Positions 23,201-35,326 of a stretch of 64,000 nt of DNA are shown here, in pieces. This DNA is from Basidiobolus meristosporus CBS 931.73 (lineage: Eukaryota > Fungi > Basidiobolomycota): positions 124,001 to 188,000 of the forward strand of contig MCFE01000051.1 in assembly GCA_002104905.1 (NCBI GenBank), read 5' to 3'. The position numbers and the translations under genes were made by a program. The notes under the pieces are model-generated. The model was not told the origin of the DNA and did no database searches. It saw only the letters and a program-made list of their open reading frames with translations. Position 1 is the first letter of the stretch. Every line of letters starts with the position of its first letter.

Positions 23201-26200
23201 GACGATTTGAAAGGAGGTTTCAAACTCGCCGTCATTCATCTCATCCAGGCCTTCATAGATTACATTGCCCTGCTCGTCAAAGTCTCTAGCAACAGGTTTC
23301 AAAATCTCCAGAGCAACCAAAATATCCAACAGCTGCTTGAGTTGACGTCGATATTTGTAGTTCCCACCGAAGATTGCTGTCCGGATGGAGTGCGGCAGAT
23401 CGATCACTCGAGTCGACAGATCGTTGTTACCTTTGATGTAGTTTGTCAACTCGGTATTTTGCGTGGTGTGACCAATGATTTTCAAGTAAAGGTCCAGAGT
23501 TAGGTCGGTAAACAGCATCGACGTTTGGAAGACTCTTGCGGAATCATCGAGCGCATCCTGGTCCAATTGGCTGTTGATCTTGCTTATCAGGAACTGATGC
23601 AAGAGTTTTGCGCGGACCATTTTGGCATTTATCCAACCATAGTCTTGGGCCGTGGAGAGCCACCACATATCGCTAGAAGGATTGGATTTCGCGGGGGTCG
23701 TAGGGCTGGTGTCTAGACGTGACTGAGAGCTGGTTGGGGTTTGTACCGTGCTGCCTATTCTCTTCCTCATATCCTCCAACCTCTCCACTTCAATATTCTC
23801 CTCCTCGATTTTGGGGGGCTTGAATGTACTGCCAACCAGCATTATCCGATCCCGCATCAACGCAACATACTCTTTAACCTCCGGACTTTGCGGTGTTAGT
23901 GAAGGATGAAGAAACAGGATCTTTGTGTTGTAAGTCCCGTTGAGGAGAGGGAGCTTTACGGTATACTGTGTGAGTAGATTCTCTTCTTCCAAGGATGTAG
24001 CCGTACGAGCCAGTGTTCTTTTATCTATCGTATGAGGCAAATGGGCACCGGTTCCCAGCTGAGATGCCAGCAGATCCTGGTATGATTTGATGAGCAAGTA
24101 ACTCAGTTCGAGGATTTTCTTCTCCTCTAAAAGCTGGAGTAGGAGTTTTCGACGTCTAACCGCAGTGATAGATTTCAGATGGGAGGTACTACTTGCACTC
24201 GCCACAGGGACAATCTTTCGATCAGGTGTAACAGGAACCTTATCTACCGCGGTATCACCATTGGTCTTGACCGGCTCTTCGTTCTCGCTTTCTTCAACTG
24301 CCGGTCCTTTGCCCTTACACCCTTTGCTGCAGAACCAGTTCCCTTTGGGGATCGCTTTCAGCGGCGGGTTAGAGCAGTACGTATGCTGGCCCTCGTTACA
24401 GTGATCACAAAGGAGAATGTGGCTATCATCATCACCCTTGTGACAAACCTTACAGACAATCTCATCCACATCCATACGATCATCGTTGGGTGTTGGAGTG
24501 GACGTACGGGTGGACACAGCTGCGTGCTTCGAAGAGTCGCGACGGCTGCGTGAGGGTGTGTTCCCATTCAACACCTTTCTCATTTCGGAAGTGATACCAT
24601 CCTCTTCTTCCAGCCGCTTAAATGCTTCAGTAGAATAGTAACGATACCGCCTCTCCCGTCCAACAAATTCAGCTACACGGCAAATCCCGACTTGGCCAGC
24701 ATCCGCCGGTGGTTTAAGCAGTCTGGTCAGGATCTTCTGCAATAGGCGGTTGTTGATATTACTAAGAGATTCTTGTATTGCCTGGGAGAGTGGGAAAGGG
24801 TATTAGTAAGTTGACTCGGCTCCTCTTGTAAGATGTCTGCACTTCCATTACCCCAGCTGTTATTCCATCATCACCAGATAGTTGGATCAACCGATACACT
24901 TGATACTCGAACGGTAAATCCGCAAGAACACCTTTCTGAATTATCGGTGCCGCTTGGTCTCGCGCTGGCGATGGCTCTGATACAAAGTCTTCACTAATAT
25001 CCACCAGTCGTTCGCGGATTCTAAGTGCTATGGTTGCCCATGGTTAAGATTGCCTCTGTTTTTGCACCCGGATGATCATCGGCAGCTTACCTTGTGGTTT
25101 GGACGGGATCAGGGGACTTGTATTATTTTGCGAATTCGGTACATAAGGCCTCAGCAATCTAAAACACCTGTCGTAGCCCTTGTCCTTTCTTGGTACGTTT
25201 ATCCTTTCGATGTATTTCTGCTTTACCAGGATATCAATGGTGCGGTTGAACCACTTCCGCTGTTGTTTGACTGTAGCCGTGTCTAAACCCTAACGTTGAG
25301 ACTCGATCAATCGGGATTCTGAACACACCTGGACATGAATATACTTACTAATGCATCCATCAGGTCTTGAGCCACCATCACTTTGTTTAGCGCCTGGCCC
25401 AATATTTCCGTTAATTTTTGCCTTACGAGGTCGCTGTGAAATGAGACCCCCGTATCCGGCGAAGACGGGTTGTTTTCGGAGTTTTCATAGTGAAAACGTA
25501 TGGAATCTTTCTCTGATTCGAGGGTAGAAACAGGATCCCCTCGTTCGCAGCTAGATGGCATCGTGGCTAGGTAGGCGGGGTTCAAATGGGCATAGCGAAT
25601 GTGAAGGCACAAGTTAGTGTAAGTGCCTCGCGTTACCACCGGACACTTGACTCTAGATGCACGTCAAAAGGATTAGCCCGCGTCCAATGAGAAACATGGT
25701 GAGACTAAGCGTACACAAGCTTCATTTCGCATAGCACTTTAATAAAATGGAACACAGATCTTGGATCCATCGACAAATCCTTGGCTATATCGGCTTGGGT
25801 TGCGCCCAATGTTCGGCCGCGTGCGATACGGCGTAATACCGAGGATATCATGGAGGAGAACTCTTTACTGGGCTATTCGATCCGAATCAAGCGATTGAGG
25901 GTCAGTAAGATCGTATCATAATGCTTCCTTCGGGAATATGAGAAAATACCCACACCTTGGTGGCCATAGAGGGCTTTTCGTTGCAAATCTGCGCTGGCAA
26001 CTACCTTCAGCTTACTACCGTAATATTGCTCCACCTCGTCCAGACTCATACTTTTGATCTCGGTTTTAAAGGCGGCCGTTTTCGTGGAGGGTTTTTCGGG
26101 GGATTTCTAAGAAACAACAGTCAAATTAGCGTTGAGCCTCCGAACCCATCGTATGTGAGCAGCTTGTAGACGTACTGTATTCTTCGGCTTCCTTCCCCGT

Positions 26201-26534
26201 GTTTTCCCCTTATTGGAAGCCTCCTCTTCGACAAGATTGATAAACGTCACTTCGTCCATTCTTCGTAAAATCTGCCATATATAAGATTTCATGGAAATGT
26301 CAAACACTTGAGGGCCCTCAGGATCTGGACCGGATTTCTTTCGACGTGAATTGGCGCACGCCGTGCTATAATATTCCTCAAAGAATTTCCATATGCTCGG
26401 TAAGGGGCAACCTGAAGTCAAAAAGAACCTTCGGTTGGTACGGTGGCAGACTGTCATCTGGTGGTGTAATCCAACTTACCACTGTCACCTTCTACGCCGA
26501 TTTCTTCCAACACGTATAGCAATAGATCATCCAT
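20291..26534 (-). CDS. TFC3: RNA polymerase III factor TFIIIC B-block-binding large subunit (Tfc3/Sfc3/GTF3C1) with an inserted PHD finger; several 5' exons plus one ~4.5-kb exon
   Basis: Start MDDLLLYVLEEIGVEGDSG, B-block-domain-like RIARGRTLGATQADIAKDLSMDPRSVFHFIKVL...TNLCLHIRY, IDKRTLARTATSLEEE, GWINAKMVRAKLLHQFL, YWSPQEDEMLLHAYVIL, IPGRGFHVSDKF, C-terminal GYIIQKPGV. Confidence 0.88.
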
Positions 26535-27019
26535 TGTCTAATCTGTGTTGAAGCTGCAGCAAATCCAAACAGAAAAACGGAGGGTAAAAATTCCGAGTTA
26601 AAACACGAGATTCATGATGAATCAAACAAAAAATATCATTTCTGATATATGGCTCAACGCATACAATCATCCCTGGATCGAAAAATTTAGCAGTCCACCC
26701 AGATTTGGCCAATGCGATTGAGGGATCCGCATGCCATATGCGACAGCTTGGAGTCCATCAACCCATCTTGGATTTGGGTCCAAGAGAAAGGTGGGTTGGG
26801 GATTGAAGCTTGATCTATGCAGATGGATGGTGGTAACAATGTCTAGTTAGCTCAGAAGCTCTTTATTTTACTGCTTTCCGATCTAGACGAATCAACCGTA
26901 GTGAGTAAATACGTGAAAAGGTGAACCAAAGATTATTAATATACATGATGAAGGGATCATATTCAAATGAAACGGTAGTGTATTGGAGGTGTTCCAGCGA
27001 ATATATAGGATTCTTAGGA

Positions 27020-30000
27020 TCACTTGGACCATTGCTTAGCAATGGACTGGAGGGCGTTCTGTGTTCTAGGGTTATCAACCGATCCCAACTTCCACAGAAA
27101 TGCGAAATCGCTCTGGGCAGCCAAGGCAGTTTCGTTTTGAATGCTGGTGATGGCTTGTTTCATGTGTTGATTTGCCTCGAATTTCTTGGCGGCCTCCTCG
27201 GCTTTATCTACAATGGCTCTAGGCACTCCAGCCATGTTGGCCACATTCATACCATAACTCTTGGGGCACGAGCCCTCGGTAAGTTTGTAAAGAAAGGTGA
27301 CTTCCTTACGTTCTTCATCCACTTGACAGCTCATATGCATTAAAGCGATATTCTTGGTTTTTTCCATCTCGGTTGTCAGCATGCCGTAGTGTGTGGAGAA
27401 GAGACCGAGACAGCCAACATACGTTGACAGATAGTGAAGAACAGAGTAGGCGATGGCGTACCCATCAAACGTACTGGTACCACGACCGAGCTCATCGAGG
27501 ATTACCATGGATCTGGGTGTCGCCTCACGCAGGATCTTGGAGGTTTCGCTGAGCTCCACCATAAATGTCGATTGTCCGGCGAGGATGTTGTCATTGGCAC
27601 CGATACGAGTGAAGATTCGATCGAACGTGGTCATACGGCAGCGGCGTGCAGGGACGTAGCATCCCAGCTGGGCCATGATGATTGCAACGCATGTTTGTCG
27701 TAGGAGTGTGGACTTACCACCCATATTGGGACCCGTCAGCAGAATGATGTTGGGCTTCTGGCCCCCGAGATAGGTGTCATTGGGAATGAAGTCAGTGGCA
27801 ACACCCGGAACGACACATGGGTGTCGTAGCTCTTCAAACTCCAAGACGCTCTCGGGGCCTTCGACGAACTCCGGTCGTGTGTATGGTTCGCCCAAGGATA
27901 TTGAGCTCTTGGCCAGGCTGAACAAGCAATCGAGCTCCGATATCACACTGACAGCCTTGCTCCATTGAGGGTAATTGGCGTCGAATTTCTGATACATCCT
28001 GCTCTGGATGTTGCTTAGGATGTTGCTGCGGGTCTCCTGCGCCTCATTCAAAGATTGGACCAACGATTTGGTGGTCATGTTCCAGTAGCGGTTGACGGCT
28101 TTGGTCTGGGAGAGTTTGATCCAGTTGTCGGGGACCTTGATATTCTTTGGCACTTCAATCTGGTAGATCTCCTTCCCAAGGTCCTTGTACTCGATTTTAG
28201 AGGAGTTGAGCTTCTTGCGGCAATCCTTGAGGTGGAAGGCAAACTGGTCCTCGATATCCTGAAGTTGTTTCACGACCGCATCGTAATCATCCTCTACGCC
28301 AAGGTGTGGCACCACGGTACCTTCCTTCTCAGCCTTCTCATGGTCGAATGCCTCGTTGAAGTATTTGATTGTGTCGGTGAGATCCGGGTAGCTGTTCAAC
28401 AGAAACACCAATCTTTTGGAGGTGAAGGTGGATGATTTCTTCTTCATCTTGTTCATGACCTCTCCGATCGCCTCAAAGGAGCGGAGAACGTTCAACAACT
28501 CCTTCAATTTACAGGTGCCGGCATGGATACGACTGATAATACGCTCGAGATCCGGAAGCGAGGTGAAGATAACCGAGAGCTCATCCTGCAGCTCAAAGTC
28601 AGCGTTGATGTTTTCGATAGCATCCAACCGTTCGTTGATCTGTTCAGCGGAGCGGAGTGGGTGACAGAGCCACTTCTTGAATAGTCTCTTTCCGAACGGA
28701 GTGGAGCATCGGTTCAAGAGTTTGAACACCGTTCCTTCTTCGCCGCCGTCAAAACTATTCTCGAAAATCTCCAAATTGACCAAGGTTTGCCCGTCCAGAA
28801 TCAATGATGTCATTTGGTGAATGGGGTCATAGGCGTGAATATTCTTGAGTGACAACAACTCCTTATCCAACTTCAAAGAACGAAGATACCACGTCAACCC
28901 ACCAAGCGCCGACAGCGCCAGATGCTTGTCCTGGAACGCCACGAGAGCAGCAGGCCATTTGCCGCCATCGGGGCCTGTTGACTGCTCATTACCCTCGCCA
29001 GCCTGGTCAAAGTAACCGCCGCGACGTAAGGCATCCAAGGTGGTGACACTATCCCAGAACTCGGTCTCCGGTGTAAGATAGTTCCATACTGGGGCGTTTA
29101 CCGAGTTTTTGAGGACCTTCAGGGTGCGTTGACTGATCCCATTCTTCTCCAGGATTACCTCCTTGGGTTTGATCTGAAGAATCAGCGTCTCGAAGCGGGT
29201 CCTCTCCAGGTCATCTTCGAAACAGCATATATAAAACGCTGCGGTAGCCGTGTCCACGAAGCAAATCCCCAACGAAGGCAATGCATTGTCACCGGCGCAC
29301 TCCTCCTTGATAGCCATACAATAAGTGGACATCTCGTTGTGTAACAGACCGGAATCGACCAATGTGCCCACGGTCAAGATACTGGTGAGCTCACGTCGAA
29401 TGATCTTCTCCTCTTTCTTTTGGCTGGAACGCTCGCGCATACTCTTCCCGATAGCCGTCTCCATTTGTTCGACCTTGGCTACTTTGTAGCCTTTGGCGAT
29501 AAACTGGGAGGCCCAGTGATCAAAGGACGACTCAGGGACCCCAACCATGCGCATGTTCACTCTGTCGGTCATCTTGAGGTCAAACTCTTGGTGACCGATA
29601 TCGGCGTCTTTTTCGTAGAGTTCGTAAAACTTGCCTTTCTTGAAGAAAACGACCGTGTCGAAATGGCTCGCCTTGATCTCCCAGAACTGCTTCTCGAACG
29701 GGGTGAATAGGTTCCATGCGGAGGACGGGATTTTCAAGGTTCTAGGGTCGTAGTCAGGGTCGCCCACGGATTTCCCGTTGGCATCCCGAACGTCCACCAG
29801 CCAACTGTATCTAGTCTCGTTCTTTTCCTTTTTCTTGTCGTTCCGCATGGGGCTAGCCTTGGATGGGGAGTCGAGAAAGCTAGCCGAACGGCGTGAGGTA
29901 GGGGACATAAACTGTTGGAATTTTGCTTTGGTGGTCCTCGGCGTGGTGGGCGTACGAGGGGCTATTGTGATGACTTTATTGGAGGTTTCTGGCTCTGGGC

Positions 30001-30469
30001 TAGCATCCTCGTCGTAAGGTAAATCCGGTTCAGGTTCAGAGTCTTGTTCCGCCGGTTTGAACTCCTCCTCGTCGTCAGAATTGGCGATCCTTCGAAGTTT
30101 GCGAGACGGGCCCTTTGGCGTGGAAACCTTGACAGGCACCACCTCTTTATCCTCTTCATCGGATTCGAAGTAAGTGACTCTTTTCTTGGCCCGTGAGGAA
30201 GCAAGTGGTGCGATTTCGTCAATCTCCATACGTTCAGGCGATTCGCTTGGGACCTTCCCGACCGGGCTTGATTCCTGAGTGCTGGAAGAAGAGTTGTTGC
30301 TACTCTTAGAACGTGGCACAGCCCTGTCTTGGGTGGAATCTTGGATTCCGGCTGAGCGCTCTACATTCTCCTTCGTAGGTTTGGTGTTGGCAGCGGATTT
30401 TGTCTCGGGAGCAGGAGACTTGAAAAACGAAAAGAGCGTCCTTTGGGTTTTTGGCGTGGAATTACTCAT
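27020..30469 (-). CDS. MSH6: DNA mismatch repair protein MSH6 (MutS family), intronless
   Basis: PIP-box-like QRTLFSFF, DPDYDPRTLKIP, FFKKGKFYELYE, TGPNMGGKSTLLRQ, DELGRGTSTFDG, STHY, GSCPKSYGMNVA. Confidence 0.98.
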   Translation of the reverse strand: MSNSTPKTQRTLFSFFKSPAPETKSAANTKPTKENVERSAGIQDSTQDRAVPRSKSSNNSSSSTQESSPVGKVPSESPERMEIDEIAPLASSRAKKRVTYFESDEEDKEVVPVKVSTPKGPSRKLRRIANSDDEEEFKPAEQDSEPEPDLPYDEDASPEPETSNKVITIAPRTPTTPRTTKAKFQQFMSPTSRRSASFLDSPSKASPMRNDKKKEKNETRYSWLVDVRDANGKSVGDPDYDPRTLKIPSSAWNLFTPFEKQFWEIKASHFDTVVFFKKGKFYELYEKDADIGHQEFDLKMTDRVNMRMVGVPESSFDHWASQFIAKGYKVAKVEQMETAIGKSMRERSSQKKEEKIIRRELTSILTVGTLVDSGLLHNEMSTYCMAIKEECAGDNALPSLGICFVDTATAAFYICCFEDDLERTRFETLILQIKPKEVILEKNGISQRTLKVLKNSVNAPVWNYLTPETEFWDSVTTLDALRRGGYFDQAGEGNEQSTGPDGGKWPAALVAFQDKHLALSALGGLTWYLRSLKLDKELLSLKNIHAYDPIHQMTSLILDGQTLVNLEIFENSFDGGEEGTVFKLLNRCSTPFGKRLFKKWLCHPLRSAEQINERLDAIENINADFELQDELSVIFTSLPDLERIISRIHAGTCKLKELLNVLRSFEAIGEVMNKMKKKSSTFTSKRLVFLLNSYPDLTDTIKYFNEAFDHEKAEKEGTVVPHLGVEDDYDAVVKQLQDIEDQFAFHLKDCRKKLNSSKIEYKDLGKEIYQIEVPKNIKVPDNWIKLSQTKAVNRYWNMTTKSLVQSLNEAQETRSNILSNIQSRMYQKFDANYPQWSKAVSVISELDCLFSLAKSSISLGEPYTRPEFVEGPESVLEFEELRHPCVVPGVATDFIPNDTYLGGQKPNIILLTGPNMGGKSTLLRQTCVAIIMAQLGCYVPARRCRMTTFDRIFTRIGANDNILAGQSTFMVELSETSKILREATPRSMVILDELGRGTSTFDGYAIAYSVLHYLSTYVGCLGLFSTHYGMLTTEMEKTKNIALMHMSCQVDEERKEVTFLYKLTEGSCPKSYGMNVANMAGVPRAIVDKAEEAAKKFEANQHMKQAITSIQNETALAAQSDFAFLWKLGSVDNPRTQNALQSIAKQWSK

Positions 30470-30957
30470 TGGGTCAAGCAATATACCAAGCAAAAGAAGT
30501 GGTTGATATCTTTGATTTGTGGTAAGTAGTATTCAGAAATGCGGGATCTATTTTTTGTTTTGATAATGCCATCCCTCTCACAAGCAAACACGGTCATGTT
30601 TATTTAGAGGAGCCATCAGTGATTGGCTGGGGCCTTGATGAACTGCGGCGCCCATACTACCTACCATCAGATTACCAGCAATGTATGCGATCTATGTGTG
30701 GAATATGAAGCTGAACTCGCGTCCACCATTGCCTGGACCATAGGAAATCATACGAATCTAGTTTATTAGGATGGTATGTGTTGAGGGATAAATGCCTTCC
30801 AACTGGCTGAGCACTGATCATCAGGTAGCCCAACCAAATGTATCTATAGAGAAAGTAAGACAGCAAGGCCAACACGTTAAGGCTAAAATACAACATTGCG
30901 AGGATATCAGATGTATTCCACGCTTACTAGAGACGTTAGGCCAGCTCATGCCAGGAT

Positions 30958-32655
30958 TTACTGCAACAGCTCCTTAATTTCTACAAAAACCTCGGGGTTA
31001 GTCAACCTTTCATGGCAGGGTTCTATTTTCTGGTGGGCTTACTCTGCTTAGTTTCTTCAGTCAAAGAGGTGGGGAACTGGACTGTGTACTCGACGAAAAG
31101 ATCCCCTTTCTCCTTGGAGTAGTTTGGATGAGGCATGCCTTGATCGGCAAGTGTCTGGACGAAACCTGAGGGAAGCCGTTTTAGCCAAGAACATGATCAA
31201 GGATGATTGAGGTGCAAAAACCAACCAGATGGGGTAACACCATCACGTCGTAGGATGATGGGGGTGCCATCCAAGTGCTCCATCGTCTTTTCAAAGCCTG
31301 TCAGAGCCTTTTTTCATTTGTGCATGTATGTTAGGAGAAGGCTTCGTCGCTTACCGACATCAAGAATGAAACTTACCTCGACAAGAGTGATATTCTCTCG
31401 GGCATACAAATTATGTCCTTGACGAGTGAATCTTTCGTGAGGGTTGGTACGAATAGTGAAGATGATATCTCCCGGGGTAATGTCTGGATGTTGGTCTCCT
31501 TCCTTCTCGTATACCTGGAAAAGCATCCCAACATGGCATTGTTAATCAAAATGTTCCCAGGTGGAAGTCAGATAGGTCACCTACAATCCTGTGGTTGTCG
31601 GCAGTTCCTTTCTGAACGATAACTGTGAGTTGTTCGTATCCACGCTCGACCTTGTTTCCGTGGCAATGAGGGCATTGAGTCTTGATGACCTTGCCCTTTC
31701 CTTGGCAGACATCGCACCTTGGAGCCGCACGCAACGGTTAGATTGTATTCGGTGAATCGCAGGAAAACTATGGTCTTACTCGGTTTGCATAATCTGGATT
31801 GCTGGGCCAAATTGTTGGCGGATCGTTCGGATACCACGGCCGTTACAGGTTGAACATACTTGGACATCAGAGGGGTCCTTGGCACCGGATCCATGGCAAT
31901 GATGGCATATCACTTGTTTGGCGATGTCAACCTACGGAAAGAAGTTAGAATTTGCAGTTGGCTACCGCTGAGAATGCAATAGGCTGGATACCTCAAGATC
32001 CACGCCAAGATACAGATCCTTTAGGTCAACCTCCAGATCCATGTTGATGGAAGGGCCTCTTCTCTCCGGAGTGTGGAAGAAATCTGGGGAGAAGAAGTTA
32101 GAGATCAGCCAAATGTGCAGGAGTTTAAAGACAAGTTGACTTTACCGCCGTTGTTACTACGAGAGCCTCCTCCACCAAAGAATCTAACGAAGAGTACTAT
32201 CAATGAAAGGCCCATACACATGTACAACATCACAAGAGCTTACTGTGAGAAGAAATCGAATGGATTATGTCCACCACCCTGTTGCTCCTGCTTCAAACCT
32301 TCCTCGCCATATCTATCATATATTCTTCTCTTTTCATCGTCACTAAGGGCTTCGTAGGCTACATGAAAAGCACCCGGTTAAGTAGCTAGACACAGACACA
32401 CGCCAGACAAATCAGCCTACCCTCGTTGAGTTCCATGAATTTTTTGGAGGCTTCCTTGTCCCCAGGATTCTTGTCAGGGTGATATTGCTTTGAAAGCTTA
32501 CGATAAGCCTTCTTTACTTGATGCAGAGTAGCATCCCGGGAAATGCCTAGCACCGCGTAATAGTCCGCACCAGCTTGAACCACCGCCAGCAGAACTGCTA
32601 CTGTGAACACGGAGAGGGCAATTAGCGTAGAACGAGAAATACTTTGGAACCGCAT
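30958..32655 (-). CDS. SCJ1: ER-lumenal type I DnaJ/Hsp40 (Scj1/ERdj3-like); multi-exon
   Basis: Signal peptide, J domain with HPD (YHPDKNPG), four CxxCxGxG-type repeats ([32 protein letters not shown]), C-terminal domain [12 protein letters not shown], ends EIKELLQ*. Confidence 0.9.
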
Positions 32656-33086
32656 GGTTGGGCACTAGCTTGGATTTCACAGTAGGAAATATAAAGCCGA
32701 AGAGGATGACGAACAAAGGGGGAATCGAAGTTGAGCTGTTGTTATCAGACAGTCACTAAGCTCTCCCGAAACGCTCTATGTTATGGTATAAAGGCAGGTA
32801 CTCTTCCAAATATCCTCGAATTTGCCCTCTAATATTATGCTCTATAGGTAATCTGGCTTGCATACTATTTGGCATACGCCGATTGGTGCATCTTATGATC
32901 AACCATACAGACTTGGCCAACACAGGACCAAATCAATGGAGAAGATGGGTGGACTGCTTTTTCATCATTACCAGAATGTTTATTTTGAGTATTCAATTAG
33001 TGACAGAACAGCGATGTTTCCGAAGACAACAGCACTTGCAGACCACTCGTGTCAGGAAATTGAGGAATGTCTACATTCAACGTCTA

Positions 33087-35008
33087 CTATATACATAATT
33101 CGTCGATTTGCGTTGGCGGAAGCGGTCGCACCCGTCTCGTGTTAAGTCGTGTATTGGACGAGGTCGAAGCACTGTGGTGTGAGGGACGTTTCGTTGCTGG
33201 TCTGGGAATCTTGGGCCAGCCATGATCTTTGGCGGAGGTGGGTTCAGACGACACGACCCAGTAACGTGGAACACCCTTGGCTGCGTTCGGGCGTCGAGGT
33301 CTGATAGAGACGTTTTGGGTTGATCCGTGGCCTGCTCTAGCCGATCTGATTTTCGATTTCTTTACACAATTTGGTACATATTCACCATCCTCGCTGTCTT
33401 TGTATGAGACCTTTCGTTTGGTTCGAACGAGAATCCCTCCAACATCTGAACACAATCGATTCTCGCCCCCGGAGAGAGTGCTCCATTTGCCTTGGCTTGG
33501 GCTACCGCCTGATTGTATGGAGAAGGTTATCTTGTAAGCCACGGATGTGGGATCGGATAGATTGCTGCAATGTGGCTCGTGAGGATATCTGAAATATCTG
33601 TTCTCACCAGTAACGTAACCTCTCTCCAATTCTCGCACCACCTCTGCCAACTCCTGAATGGTTGGACACAAAGTAGAGTTGGAATCCTGATAGATCGCAT
33701 TGTAGTGAGTAATTGAGTACTTTACAATCTCAACCCCCAGTTGATTCAAACGGAACCTCTGGCAAGTGCGTACCAACGCAAGAAGATTCTGATGCGTCAC
33801 GTAGGAGGTGATCACCACTTCTAGCTCTATCCGACTCCCTCCAGCGAAAACCTTTCGTGTTTGATTCACCCAGTGTCTGGTACGAAGACCGTGAACGAAC
33901 GAATAATTTAACAACAACAAGCACAGCGACAGACAACATGGAGAGAAACTGGGGATCCGCGCTTCCACCAACCCATCGGCCAGTTGAGCAAGCAAGCGGC
34001 TGCATCGCTCGGCGGACGTGGTGCTGGCAGTATCTTGCTTGTTGCTAAGCATCATGAGTTTGGCAATTAGAGCATGGGTCCATTGGGCGACACGCATCCG
34101 AACCAAGGGATCCCGGGCAATTGATCTTCGAGTCTTGACAAGTGTGAGCAGTGCATTCCATGCGTTTACAAGCAATGGAACTGCCAGGTGTGAGGATACC
34201 AGCTTTGTGATATAGTCCGTATACCCAGAACGCAAATACTGCTCCACGGACATGCTCTCTTCAAGTTTCGCTGTCAACCGACGGACGCACTTGTAGCGCG
34301 CAAAAGTAGTGAATAAATAATGAAATTCCTGCTTTAAACTTGGTGGGCGTAGCTTCACGGTATACTCGAGCAAATCGACCACCTGAAAAACAACCATATC
34401 ATTATAAGCTGGGGCACGTCTCTTTTTGATACCATGAGCTTCACACTCACCTGAAGGGTGAGCCCGTGCTCAGCATAAACCTCCAGGAGCGCACGATAGA
34501 AATGATAGGAGCCCACGTATTGCTTACACTCTTCCACAAGATGCGCACTAAGCACTTGTCGTCTGAAATGACTAGGAATCAATTCATAGTATTCTTCCCT
34601 TCGCCTGGAACACCTCAGCCTCCCTAGCTGTCTGCCGAGGGTGTGTGCGGCAAAGGTGCCCAAGCTTGGGAGCTCCGTGCTCGAGGTCACCCCTTTCCCT
34701 CTCGAGCCCGACCACAGTTTGGCCAACAAGTGTCTGAAGGCCTCTACTAAGGACGCCTCGTGTTTTATGACGATACTTTCGAAAAGCCCGATTGAGTCAG
34801 CCTCCGAGGCGCCATAGCCAACGCCTCCTCCCTCCCCTCTACTAAACACCAGCTTATTGTATTTATCACAGGTTTGACTTGAGACGTATGCAGCAAACGC
34901 ACCCGGAGAACCCTTAGCATCGTTCGCAATGGCGTTGAGCCTGGAACGAAAAGAGCGCAACATTTTCTGCATTCTTTCAGGTTGCAGTGTGTACTGGTGG
35001 TCTTGCAT
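33087..35008 (-). CDS. Hypothetical protein (~620 aa, one intron near 34385-34440)
   Basis: Two long ORFs (217 and 436 aa) joined by a GT-AG intron. Helical N-terminal two-thirds, basic low-complexity tail. No family confidently recognised. Confidence 0.7.
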
Positions 35009-35326
35009 GGTTTAATATCTGGGAAACCCCGAAAAGGACCAAGAAATCAAGGAACACAGTCACCCGATGGAACCACCAAATACCCGGTGCATCCAGAATT
35101 TTTCCATCCACACCACACCGTATCATCAAAACAAACCACCCGAATCACCCATCGTTTTTGGTATGCGTGATCAATATTAGCGTGATCAAGATTATTATTA
35201 TTATTATGTTCATGAAAAGGATGGAAATACTTGGGCACCAATTTGATACAACGTAGAATGGAAATGAACAGAAACGAAGGCCGAGTAATGTATACGATAT
35301 ATAGAGGAAATCAGAAACTGCCCCAT

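Noticed and set aside
20895-30506. Numerous 60-135 aa ORFs opposite TFC3 and MSH6
   Set aside because: Antisense or off-frame by-products of long coding exons.
30958-30980. SCJ1 lacks a C-terminal HDEL/KDEL
   Set aside because: ERdj3/DNAJB11-type proteins also lack it, so it is not unusual.
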